Assembly: GCA_035527755.1 (NCBI GenBank)
Contig: DATKZX010000004.1
Span: 21,014-85,013, forward strand
Source of the DNA: Methanomassiliicoccales archaeon
GTDB lineage: Archaea; Thermoplasmatota; Thermoplasmata; Methanomassiliicoccales; UBA472
Direction: 5' to 3'
DNA: 64,000 nt
Below, one piece after another: positions 25,325-34,120 of the stretch; within the stretch, counting starts at the first letter, position 1; every line of letters begins with the position of its first letter. A program made the translations under genes and the position numbers. The notes beneath the pieces were generated by a model, which was given only the letters and a program-made list of their open reading frames with translations, did no database searches and was not told the DNA's origin.

Positions 25325-26335
25325 ATGAAGATCGTCATAGATGGTGCGGTTCGCGAGATGCGAGCGGTCTGGTATGAGGAGGGTGCTGTGCACATGTTGG
25401 ATCAAAAGCTCCTCCCCCATAAGGTCCAAGTGGTCAAGATGACCACCCACCACCAGGTAGCTGAGGCCATCCGGGACATGACCGTCCGGGGCGCCCCGGC
25501 CATTGGTGTGGCAGCGGCCTACGGAATGCTCTTGGCATCAAACAATCGAGAGGACCTAGAGGCGGCTACCAAAGAGCTCAAAGGGACCCGACCGACGGCC
25601 TTCGATCTGTTCTTCGCCGTCGATCATATGAAAGCTAAGATCGCTGCTGGCATCGATCCTATCAGGGCCGCGGATGATTATGCTGACACAATAGTGGAAC
25701 GCTGCAGGCGCATCGGTGAACATGGTGAGCGCCTCATTAAGGACGGCGACCGCATCATGACCCACTGCAACGCCGGAGCCCTAGCCACAGTGGATTGGGG
25801 AACCGCCCTGGCACCGATACGTGAAGCGTGGCGCAAGGGCAAAGAGATATTCGTCTACGTTTCGGAGACTAGACCGAGGCTCCAGGGAATGAAGCTCACG
25901 GCCTTCGAACTAATGAACGAAGGTATACCCCACGCCATAATCCCTGACGGTGCCTCTGGCCACTTCATGCGGGAAGGTGTCGACCTTATCATAGTCGGTG
26001 CGGACCGCATAGCGGCCAATGGCGATTTCGCCAATAAGATAGGGACATACGAGAAAGCGGTGCTGGCCAAGGAACTAGGAGTGCCGTTCTACACTGCCGC
26101 CCCTCTCTCGACCTTCGACCTTTCAATAGAAAGGGGGGAGGACATCCCCATCGAGTACCGTGGCGAGGAAGAGGTGACGATGATCGACGGAGTGAGGATA
26201 GCTCCCATAGGCTCCAGGGCATTGAACCCCGGGTTCGATGTGACCCCAAGTAAATATCTGAGCGGGATAATCACTGAGAACGGGGTGCTTGATCCCAAGG
26301 ACATACGAGAGAGTTTGAAGGGTGCACGGCTATGA
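25325..26335 (+). CDS. mtnA: 5-methylthioribose-1-phosphate (or 5-deoxyribose-1-phosphate) isomerase, eIF-2B alpha/beta/delta-like family
   Basis: It has LDQKLLPH....V......VAEAIRDMTVRGAPAIGVAAAYG, THCNAGALAT and VGADRIAANGDFANKIGTY. Confidence 0.8.
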   Translation: MKIVIDGAVREMRAVWYEEGAVHMLDQKLLPHKVQVVKMTTHHQVAEAIRDMTVRGAPAIGVAAAYGMLLASNNREDLEAATKELKGTRPTAFDLFFAVDHMKAKIAAGIDPIRAADDYADTIVERCRRIGEHGERLIKDGDRIMTHCNAGALATVDWGTALAPIREAWRKGKEIFVYVSETRPRLQGMKLTAFELMNEGIPHAIIPDGASGHFMREGVDLIIVGADRIAANGDFANKIGTYEKAVLAKELGVPFYTAAPLSTFDLSIERGEDIPIEYRGEEEVTMIDGVRIAPIGSRALNPGFDVTPSKYLSGIITENGVLDPKDIRESLKGARL

Positions 26336-26943
26336 AACAGGCTGCCATGCATGTGGTCCGTTACGGACGCTTGCTGTACGAGAAGGGTCTGACCAACGGC
26401 ACGGGGGGGAACATCAGCGCCCGGGTCGGTGAAATGATGGTCATAACACCGTCAGGTACCTGCAAGGGGATGCTGGACCCAACAGAACTGGTCACGGTCG
26501 ACATCGCAAGCGGCAAGGCCGTCAGCGGAACACCCTCCATGGAGACGCCATTTCACCTTACCATATACCAGGAGAGAAAGGACGTGAACGGCGTAGTGCA
26601 CGTCCACCCCCGATTCTGCACACTAATGGCCTGTGCCGGTATCGAGATCACCCCGGGATTGACTCCGGAAGGATTGATGGTCCTGGGAAGGCATGTTCCC
26701 ACGGTGCCATACGCCACCCCGGGTTCGCAAGACCTGGCATCGGCCTTGCGCCAGAAGATCAAAAACGCTGACGCATTTCTGATGGAGAGCCATGGGGCCA
26801 TTTCTGTGGGCAAGGACCTAAAGGACGCCTTCCATCGATTGGAAACGCTGGAGTTTCACGCCGAACTACAGTATCGCTGCCTGATGTTGAACAAGGGGGG
26901 TCCGCTCCCTGAAGCGGAGATAAAACGCATTCTAAGGAATTGA
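26332..26943 (+). CDS. Class II aldolase/adducin-family protein (MtnB / fuculose-phosphate-aldolase-like)
   Basis: It has GTGGNISARV, TPSG, the His ligands in VVHVHPRF, and MESHGAISVGKDL. The start forms an ATGA overlap with the mtnA stop. Confidence 0.75.
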   Translation: MKQAAMHVVRYGRLLYEKGLTNGTGGNISARVGEMMVITPSGTCKGMLDPTELVTVDIASGKAVSGTPSMETPFHLTIYQERKDVNGVVHVHPRFCTLMACAGIEITPGLTPEGLMVLGRHVPTVPYATPGSQDLASALRQKIKNADAFLMESHGAISVGKDLKDAFHRLETLEFHAELQYRCLMLNKGGPLPEAEIKRILRN

Positions 26944-26947
26944 TATC

Positions 26948-28039
26948 ATGATACTGATCACCAAATGGTTCGGGGTCTTCTTGTGTGAGGACACAGAGGT
27001 CCGCCAGTTCAAATTGTTCGAGAAGGAGCCGAAAATGGTCGCTATGAAGCTGGCAGCCATCCAGCGGGGAGAGATATTGCCAGAGGAACGAGAGCTGGCG
27101 GTGAGGCGCATGAAGGTGGCCGATCCGCGCCTCAAACCCCTGGGTAAGCCCATGGTCTTCGACTCCTCGTTCATCAAGCCGGAGAAGTACGGACTGACGT
27201 CGGACCTGATGCAGAAGGTCATGGTGGAACTTGGCAAGATAAGGGTGCGGGAGCCGTTGAGCGAGGACCGGTCCATAGCACAGGCGATCCGGGCGACCGA
27301 TGATCTGATAGAAGATATCAATCTGCTCAGTGAACGTTTGCACGAATGGTATGGTGTCTACTTTCCGGAGCTGGCCGACCACGCCGTGGACGCGGAGTAC
27401 GCCCGCTTCATCCATGAGATGGGTGACCGGCAGGTCATCATGGAGCATCTGGGCATCTCCCTAGAGTCAGTAGGCACAGACCTCGTGGACAGGGACCTGA
27501 ATGTCATTCGAGGAATGGGAGGCACTCTGTACGAGCTGTACCGGCGAAAGGAGGCCTTGGACGCTTACATCCTGGAAGGAATGAACAGGGTGGCCCCTAA
27601 CCTCACTTCGTTACTCAACCCCAATCTAGCAGCGCGCCTCATATCCTTGGCCGGAGGGTTGCAACGGCTGGCCAAGCTGCCTTCCAGCACCACCCAGTTA
27701 TTAGGAGCGGAGAAGGCGTTGTTCTTGCACCTTCGTTCCGGAAAGAACCCGCCCAAGCACGGGGTCATCTTTCAGCATCCCTGGATAAACCGTTCGCCAT
27801 TCTGGCAGAGAGGGAAGGTGGCGAGAAGTCTAGGGGGCAAGATCAGCATTGCCGCCAAGGTTGACGCCTACCACGGTGAGTTCATAGCCGACAAGTTGAA
27901 GGAGCAGATGGAGAAGAGGGTGGCTGAGATCAGAGAGAAATACCCCAACCCGCCCCAAAGGCAGCAGCGCCCGCAGAACAGGGGACAAAACCAACGGCAT
28001 GGCCAGGGTCAGCGATATGGCCAAGGTCGCCGGCGATAA
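26948..28039 (+). CDS. nop5: Nop5 (Nop56/58) C/D-box sRNP scaffold protein with an Arg/Gly/Gln-rich C-terminal tail
   Basis: The NOP5 N-terminal domain reads ILITKWFGVFL. It has a coiled-coil segment and the Nop domain (LLGAEKALFLHLRSGKNPPKHGVIFQHP). The tail reads PPQRQQRPQNRGQNQRHGQGQRYGQGRRR. Confidence 0.9.
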   Translation: MILITKWFGVFLCEDTEVRQFKLFEKEPKMVAMKLAAIQRGEILPEERELAVRRMKVADPRLKPLGKPMVFDSSFIKPEKYGLTSDLMQKVMVELGKIRVREPLSEDRSIAQAIRATDDLIEDINLLSERLHEWYGVYFPELADHAVDAEYARFIHEMGDRQVIMEHLGISLESVGTDLVDRDLNVIRGMGGTLYELYRRKEALDAYILEGMNRVAPNLTSLLNPNLAARLISLAGGLQRLAKLPSSTTQLLGAEKALFLHLRSGKNPPKHGVIFQHPWINRSPFWQRGKVARSLGGKISIAAKVDAYHGEFIADKLKEQMEKRVAEIREKYPNPPQRQQRPQNRGQNQRHGQGQRYGQGRRR

Positions 28040-28082
28040 GCAAACTATATAAACGCTCCATCATTTCCCTCCAGAGGTAGCT

Positions 28083-28469
28083 ATGTCGTGGACTCAACAG
28101 GAAGTCAGGGAGCTCAAAGAGGGGCGTTACATGCTGATCGATGGGGAACCCTGCAAGATCACTAACATTTCCACCTCCAAGCCCGGGAAGCACGGAGAAG
28201 CAAAAGCCAATATCGATGCTGTGGGCGTCTTTGATAATAAGAAACGCAACATCGTTCACCCGGTCAAACACAAGATCCAGGTGCCGATGATAGATAAGCG
28301 TAAGGCGCAGGTCCTATCGATCATGGGCGAGGAGGTCCAGTTGATGGACCTCGAGACCTATGAGACCTTTCAATTGCCCATACCCGAAGAGTACGTGGGG
28401 CAACTAAATTCCGGTGAGGAGATCATGTACATGATCGCCATGGACCGCCGTAAGATCACCAAGGTGTGA
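28083..28469 (+). CDS. eif5a: Translation initiation factor 5A (aIF5A)
   Basis: The hypusine loop is [13 protein letters not shown]. The protein is 128 aa with an SH3-like domain followed by an OB domain. Confidence 0.9.
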   Translation: MSWTQQEVRELKEGRYMLIDGEPCKITNISTSKPGKHGEAKANIDAVGVFDNKKRNIVHPVKHKIQVPMIDKRKAQVLSIMGEEVQLMDLETYETFQLPIPEEYVGQLNSGEEIMYMIAMDRRKITKV

Positions 28470-28487
28470 TCGGAAATAGGAGGCCTC

Positions 28488-29339
28488 ATGGCCCGCAGTG
28501 ACCTTTTTGCCATGGCCAATTCCACCTTCGAGGAGGCGGAGTTCGTCATCGTGGGGGTGCCTTATGATGGTACCACCCGGCTACGTTCCGGGACCCGGAA
28601 GGCGCCAGCAGCGATCCGAAAGGCATCGAACATCTTCGACCCTTATCTTTTTGAGCATAAGTTAGATCTTTCCAAGGTCAGAGTGCACGATGCCGGGGAC
28701 GTGGATTGCGGGTCCTCCTGTGACGACATGTTCAAGGCGGTGGAGGAGAAGGCTAGGAGGATCATCAATACTGGCAAGTTCCCCATACTCATAGGCGGAG
28801 AGCGCAGTATCACCTATCCTCTGGTAAAGGCATATGATGAGGTCGGCGTCATCAGCATCGACGCTCACCTGGACTTCAGGTCTGAATGCAACATGAAGTT
28901 CAACCACGCTTGCACGATGAAGCGGGTGGCGGAGATCGTGGGCATCGAGAACATCGTCCCTTTCGGCGTGCGCTCCATCTCTAAAGAGGAGCTTTTCGGA
29001 GAGCTGCCCAATTACGTTGATGCTTACCAGATCAGGGAAGGAGGATTGGACAACTCCTGGAAGAAAGCGCTCAACATGATGCGCAGAGAGAACGTCCTGC
29101 TCAGTTTGGACATGGACGGTATCGATCCCGGGTTCGCCCCTGGAACGTCCCGTCCCGAACCGTTCGGCCTGACCGGTTACGAGGTGAAGCGGTGCATAGA
29201 CATGGTGGGAGACCGCCTAGTAGGCTTCGATATATCCGAGGTGCTACCCTCGCACGACCCAGGTGCCACCGCGGCATTGGCAGCGCGCCTCATCATGGAG
29301 GTCATAGCCATAGTCCATACCCGCCGTGGAGAGAAGTAG
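28488..29339 (+). CDS. speB: Agmatinase (ureohydrolase family)
   Basis: The Mn-ligand motifs are GGERS, SIDAHLDFR and LSLDMDGIDP. It lies directly downstream of aIF5A, which is a common archaeal linkage. Confidence 0.85.
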   Translation: MARSDLFAMANSTFEEAEFVIVGVPYDGTTRLRSGTRKAPAAIRKASNIFDPYLFEHKLDLSKVRVHDAGDVDCGSSCDDMFKAVEEKARRIINTGKFPILIGGERSITYPLVKAYDEVGVISIDAHLDFRSECNMKFNHACTMKRVAEIVGIENIVPFGVRSISKEELFGELPNYVDAYQIREGGLDNSWKKALNMMRRENVLLSLDMDGIDPGFAPGTSRPEPFGLTGYEVKRCIDMVGDRLVGFDISEVLPSHDPGATAALAARLIMEVIAIVHTRRGEK

Positions 29340-29909
29340 ATGGATTGGTCACCCCTGATCTCAGCTTTCATACTGATATCGTTGACCGAACTGGGGGACA
29401 AGACCATGGTGGCGGTCATCACCCTTTCATCGAAGTACCCCAAGCGAACGGTGTTCTTCGGGTCCTTCCTTGGGTTGGCTGCGGTCACCGCAGTAGGAGT
29501 GCTCATCGGCGAGGTCCTGTTCCAGTTCGTTCCTTCGTGGATAGTTGGTCTAGCTGCAGGATCGGTCTTTATCATCTTCGGGGTCCTGACGCTGATACGA
29601 GAGGAAAAGGATGAAGGGGAGATCAAAGACAGAGGACGCTGGGGAGGGTTCATCACCGCTTTTGGTTTCGTCGCCCTCATGGAATTGGGAGATAAGACCC
29701 AGCTTTCTGTGATCACCCTATCCGCGGAGTCCGGAGCGGCCTTGATGGTGTTCATCGGAGCGGCGCTTGGATTCCTATGGCTGACGATCCTGGAGGTATC
29801 CCTTGGCAAGGCCATCGGTGAGAAGGTGCCCAAGGATTACATCCGTAAGGGGAGCGGAGCGGTCTTCATCATCTTTGGGATAATATTTCTGATCCAGCAG
29901 CTGTTGTGA
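29340..29909 (+). CDS. GDT1/TMEM165 (UPF0016) family cation transporter
   Basis: It has two copies of the E-x-G-D-K-T signature (LTELGDKTMVAV and LMELGDKTQLSV) in a six-helix hydrophobic protein. Confidence 0.8.
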   Translation: MDWSPLISAFILISLTELGDKTMVAVITLSSKYPKRTVFFGSFLGLAAVTAVGVLIGEVLFQFVPSWIVGLAAGSVFIIFGVLTLIREEKDEGEIKDRGRWGGFITAFGFVALMELGDKTQLSVITLSAESGAALMVFIGAALGFLWLTILEVSLGKAIGEKVPKDYIRKGSGAVFIIFGIIFLIQQLL

Positions 29910-31259
29910 TCACTCTTCGAGCAGCTCCCGCAGCACTTTCTCGCACTCGTCCCCGCAGCGCTTGGCGGTAGCTTCGTCCTTGCCCTCGGAGTACACCCGG
30001 AATATCGGTTCGGTTCCAGAAGGCCTTACCAGGCTCCACCCGCCCTCGAAGTATATCTTGACCCCGTCGGTAAGGTCGATCTTCTCTTCGGCGAAGTGGA
30101 CCTCCACCTGCTCCAGCACCCACTCCTTCTTTTCATCGGGACAGGTCAACTTCCTTTTGTCCAGACTGTAGCGGGGCACCTCCTTGAGCAGTTCAGAGAG
30201 CGGCCCCTTCTTGGCGATGATCTCCAGCATCTTGGCCATTGTCATGGCCGCGTCGCGGCAATGCTGATGTTCCGGGAAGATAAGCCCCCCGTTCTCCTCT
30301 CCACCGAAGACCGCACCGATCTCCATCATCTTACGTGCGACGATGGGGGCGCCTACCTTGGTGTAAAGAACTTGTCCGTTATGACGCTTGACCACCTCTT
30401 CCAGGCAGGAAGAGGTGCTGACCGGGGTCACGACTATTCCGCCGTCGTTCTCCTGGACCATGTAGGAGGCCACGACGGTCAGGGACTGGTCACCATAGAC
30501 GTAGTTCCCTTGGTCGTCCACGAATATCGTACGGTCAGCATCGCCATCGTGGGCTATGCCCAGGTCAGCCCCGGTGGCCTTGACCACGGCCATGAGGTCC
30601 TTGAGATTTTCAGGTGTTGGCTCGCTGGGATGCCCAGGGAAAGTGCCCTGAGGGTTCCCGTTAAGAGTGATGGCCCTAACACCCAGCGAATCCAGCAGAC
30701 CAGGGGAGGTCACCGAACCGGCGCCGTTGGCGCAATCCAAGACCACGGTGAGGTTCGCTTCGGCGATGGCTGATCGATCGACCGAGCGCCGAATGGCGTT
30801 GGTGTAGGAGGTCCCCACTCCCTCCAAACGAGAAATGGAACCGACATCCTTCCACCCAGGGAGACCAAAGCTGCGCTCAAAATAGATGCGCTCGATACCT
30901 TCCTCCTTGACCCTTGGCATCTCAGTGCCGTCGTGGTCCACACATTTGATGCCGTTGTACTCCGGCGGGTTGTGGGAGGCGGTGATCATGACCCCACCCT
31001 TGACCCCGGAGTGTTTCACGTAATATTGCAGGGCGGGCGTGGGCAACATGCCCAGGTCCACCACGCTGCTTCCAGCGGAAATCATTCCGGCGGTCACAGC
31101 TGAACGCAACATGTCCGCGGATGTCCGAGAATCTGTGGCGATGGCCACCCTCCCCATCATGAAGGTGCCGATGGCCCTCCCTACATCCAATGCCATCTCA
31201 ACCGTCATGTCCTGATTGATTATCCCTCGCACTCCGTTGGTTCCAAATAGCTTTGACAA
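29910..31259 (-). CDS. Phosphoglucomutase/phosphomannomutase (second phosphohexomutase paralog)
   Basis: It has MITASHNPPEYNGIKC, GIAHDGDADR, GGEENGG and RPSGTEP. Confidence 0.85.
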   Translation of the reverse strand: MSKLFGTNGVRGIINQDMTVEMALDVGRAIGTFMMGRVAIATDSRTSADMLRSAVTAGMISAGSSVVDLGMLPTPALQYYVKHSGVKGGVMITASHNPPEYNGIKCVDHDGTEMPRVKEEGIERIYFERSFGLPGWKDVGSISRLEGVGTSYTNAIRRSVDRSAIAEANLTVVLDCANGAGSVTSPGLLDSLGVRAITLNGNPQGTFPGHPSEPTPENLKDLMAVVKATGADLGIAHDGDADRTIFVDDQGNYVYGDQSLTVVASYMVQENDGGIVVTPVSTSSCLEEVVKRHNGQVLYTKVGAPIVARKMMEIGAVFGGEENGGLIFPEHQHCRDAAMTMAKMLEIIAKKGPLSELLKEVPRYSLDKRKLTCPDEKKEWVLEQVEVHFAEEKIDLTDGVKIYFEGGWSLVRPSGTEPIFRVYSEGKDEATAKRCGDECEKVLRELLEE

Positions 31260-31263
31260 AAAA

Positions 31264-31950
31264 TCACCTGGGCCGGTCGCGTTGGGATATGATGATGATA
31301 TTAATTATGTCCGCGGAGTCCTTGAAATTGTCCGCTGAGTTCTCGATGCCGTGAAGCAGGTCGCGCATAAGATAGAGGGCACGGGCGTCCATGTTGGACA
31401 TGAAGAACTCCTTCTTCATCATGAAGTACAGATCATCCATTATGTGCTCGGATTCCTCGATCTCCTTGCGTATCTTGATGACCAGGTCGTTGTTGGAGCC
31501 TAAGTTGTCCACACATACCTTGAGCCCCTTTGCCATGCGCTCCAGCTCCCGGGTCATGATGCTGAACTTGGTCCAAATGCCTGACGACACCGGAATACCG
31601 ATCTCCAGCACCAGCTGCAGGTTCATGCCTGCCTCTTTGCACCAATCGGCGGCGTAGTCCATCCTTCGTACCAGATGCAGAAGGTCCTCCCGGTTCTTCT
31701 CCTCCAGGTCCCCACGGGACAGCTCCTCGGATATGAACTGCTCGTGGGCGTCCGCTCCCTTCTCTGCCAGGAAAGAACGTTTCAGAGCGTCAATGGCTTT
31801 GTCCTTATCCCCCTGACAAAGGAAGGACATAGCCCGATTGAATTCCAATATCGTGTCCCCAACATCCTGAGCATGGCTCCTCAGTTCTTTGGAGACCATT
31901 GATTCCCGCCTCGAATAGAACCATTCTAGCAACGATGTTCTGTCACTCAA
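31264..31950 (-). CDS. PhoU-like / DUF47-family helical protein
   Basis: The all-helical 228-aa protein has two repeated helical halves containing Asp/Glu-x-x-x-Asp motifs (RRMDYAADW and GIENSADNFKDSAD). The family call is tentative. Its start overlaps the upstream ABC ATPase gene by 8 nt. Confidence 0.5.
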   Translation of the reverse strand: MSDRTSLLEWFYSRRESMVSKELRSHAQDVGDTILEFNRAMSFLCQGDKDKAIDALKRSFLAEKGADAHEQFISEELSRGDLEEKNREDLLHLVRRMDYAADWCKEAGMNLQLVLEIGIPVSSGIWTKFSIMTRELERMAKGLKVCVDNLGSNNDLVIKIRKEIEESEHIMDDLYFMMKKEFFMSNMDARALYLMRDLLHGIENSADNFKDSADIINIIIISQRDRPR

Positions 31951-33028
31951 GCCTTATCGCCTCTTCAATTCCATTTTTCGGTTTGGGGTAAAGCACCGCG
32001 GTCTTGGGATTGACCGCTAAATAGAGTTCCTTACCAATAGTTAATAGATTCCCATCAAGGGAGGCAACATCAAATCCTACCTCCTCTTCGTCCTCAGTAA
32101 TAGCTGTGATATGCGAGTAGGTACCCATGAAGGTGATGTTGGTCACCGTGGCCTTCATGCCTTCCGGGGCTACGAACATGAACTCTGGCCGTACGGAGAT
32201 CACCGTGGCATCCCCTACTTCCATGTCCGTTTGGGCGACCTTTATCAGACCACCGTTCCTCAGCTCCACCAACGACACCCCGTCCTTGACCTCCCTGATC
32301 CAACCCTCCAACAGGTTGGTCTCGCCGATGAAGTTGGCACTGAACAGGTTCCTTGGACGAGCGTACAGTTCTTCGGGGGTCCCGGTCTCCACTACCGTGC
32401 CAGCCCGCATGAGCACGATGCGGTCGGAGACCGATTGAGCCTCCTCCTGGTCGTGGGTCACGTGAACGGTGGTGATGCCCAGCTCCTTGGACAGGCGCCG
32501 CAGTTCGTATCGCAGGTCCACGCGCACCCGGGAATCCAGGGCGGAAAGCGGTTCATCCAGCAATAGTAGTTTGGACCCGGAGGCCAATGCTCTGGCCAAT
32601 GATGTCTTCTGTTGTTCACCACCGCACAGCTCGGAGGGGAACATGCCCATCTTATCCAGCAACTTGACCATGCCCAGATATTTCCTTGATATCTCATTCT
32701 GCACATCTGGGGAGAGGTCCTTGGCACGAGGACCGTAGGAAACGTTGTTCTGTACGGACAGATGCGGAAACAGAGCGATGTTCTGGAAGACGTACCCAAT
32801 GTCGCGGTCCTCGATGGGCACGCCGGTCATATCCTTTCCCCCTATGAACACCTTGCCATCGCTAGGCTCGATGATCCCGGCGATCATGCGTATCAATGTG
32901 GTCTTTCCGCAGCCCGACGGCCCGAGAATGGTCACGTACTCTCCGTCCTCCACCGTGAGGTAGACCTGATTGACGGCGATGACGCTGCCATACTCCTTTC
33001 TCAACCCCACCAACCGTACTTCGGGCAT
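31943..33028 (-). CDS. ABC transporter ATP-binding protein with a C-terminal TOBE/MalK-like regulatory domain
   Basis: It has Walker A GPSGCGKTT, the signature LCGGEQQK, Walker B LLLLDEPLSALD and the H-loop VTHDQ. Confidence 0.85.
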   Translation of the reverse strand: MPEVRLVGLRKEYGSVIAVNQVYLTVEDGEYVTILGPSGCGKTTLIRMIAGIIEPSDGKVFIGGKDMTGVPIEDRDIGYVFQNIALFPHLSVQNNVSYGPRAKDLSPDVQNEISRKYLGMVKLLDKMGMFPSELCGGEQQKTSLARALASGSKLLLLDEPLSALDSRVRVDLRYELRRLSKELGITTVHVTHDQEEAQSVSDRIVLMRAGTVVETGTPEELYARPRNLFSANFIGETNLLEGWIREVKDGVSLVELRNGGLIKVAQTDMEVGDATVISVRPEFMFVAPEGMKATVTNITFMGTYSHITAITEDEEEVGFDVASLDGNLLTIGKELYLAVNPKTAVLYPKPKNGIEEAIRLE

Positions 33029-34120
33029 TCACTCCACCTTCAGTTCGTTCTCCAATCCACCGGGGGGTATGGGGAACACGGTACCCTTTATCTCTTCCCA
33101 GTGCACGTTCAGTAGATCGCCCTCGGTCACCTTTCCCCTCCTCCAGGAGGGGATCTTAGAGGATATCATCTGGCCATTCTCCATCCTAAGGTCTACGTGC
33201 AGGTTGCGTCCCTCGAATATCACCCTCTCTACCCTGGCAGTGAAATAGCCGGGCTTGTCGCGTGAGACATCGGTATTACCGATCTTGACCCCCAGCACCG
33301 CCTTGGTCCCCGGCGCCATTTCCGTAGGGCGGGCCTTGAGCACCACCCCATCGTCCGTCCGCAAGGACGCCACCGACCCTGATTTCAATATCTCCCCGGT
33401 GAAGAAGTTGGACTGGCCCACGAAATTGGCAACGAAAGGAGTGATCGGTCTATCCCATACGTCCGCCGGAGTACCCACCTGCAATATCCGCCCCTGACGA
33501 ATGATGGCCACCCGGTCGGCCATGACCAAGGCCTCATCGTGATCGTGAGTCACATGGATGGCGGTCATTTTCAACGATTTGATCAAAGAGCGCAGTTCCT
33601 TTCGTAAGGATATGCGCAGGCGGGCGTCAAGCGCACGCAACGGTTCGTCCAGCAGCAATAGGTCAGCTCCGGATGCCAAAGCTCTTGCCAGTGCGGTGCG
33701 CTGCTGCATACCTCCGCTCAGTTCGGCGGGATAGGCATCCGAACGTCCGGACAAGCGGACGAGGTCCAGCATGCTGATGAGCACCTGCTCCTTGGTCTTC
33801 TCGTCAGTTCCCCGAATGTTGAGCCCGAACAGAATGTTCTCCTCTACGGTCAGTTGAGGGAAAAGGGCATACGTCTGGGAGAGCAGGGCGGCCTTGCGGT
33901 CCTCAACCTCCAATTCAGCGCAGTCCTCGTCGTTCAACAGCACCATTCCCTCGTCGGGCTTCAGCAATCCGGATATTATGCGGAGGGTGGTGGTCTTTCC
34001 GGCACCGGTAGGTCCCAGCAGACATAGGTACTCCCCATCATATATCTCCAGGTCCAGTCCGTCCGCGGCCTTGATGTCCCCATAGCTTTTCTTCAGGCCG
34101 ATCAATTTGATGGAGGGCAT
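33029..34120 (-). CDS. ABC transporter ATP-binding protein (second, distinct NBD) with a C-terminal TOBE-like domain
   Basis: The start was set at ATG 34120 (MPSIKLIGL), which forms an ATGA overlap with the permease stop. It has Walker A GPTGAGKTT, the signature LSGGMQQR, Walker B LLLLDEPLRALD and the H-loop VTHDH. Confidence 0.85.
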   Translation of the reverse strand: MPSIKLIGLKKSYGDIKAADGLDLEIYDGEYLCLLGPTGAGKTTTLRIISGLLKPDEGMVLLNDEDCAELEVEDRKAALLSQTYALFPQLTVEENILFGLNIRGTDEKTKEQVLISMLDLVRLSGRSDAYPAELSGGMQQRTALARALASGADLLLLDEPLRALDARLRISLRKELRSLIKSLKMTAIHVTHDHDEALVMADRVAIIRQGRILQVGTPADVWDRPITPFVANFVGQSNFFTGEILKSGSVASLRTDDGVVLKARPTEMAPGTKAVLGVKIGNTDVSRDKPGYFTARVERVIFEGRNLHVDLRMENGQMISSKIPSWRRGKVTEGDLLNVHWEEIKGTVFPIPPGGLENELKVE

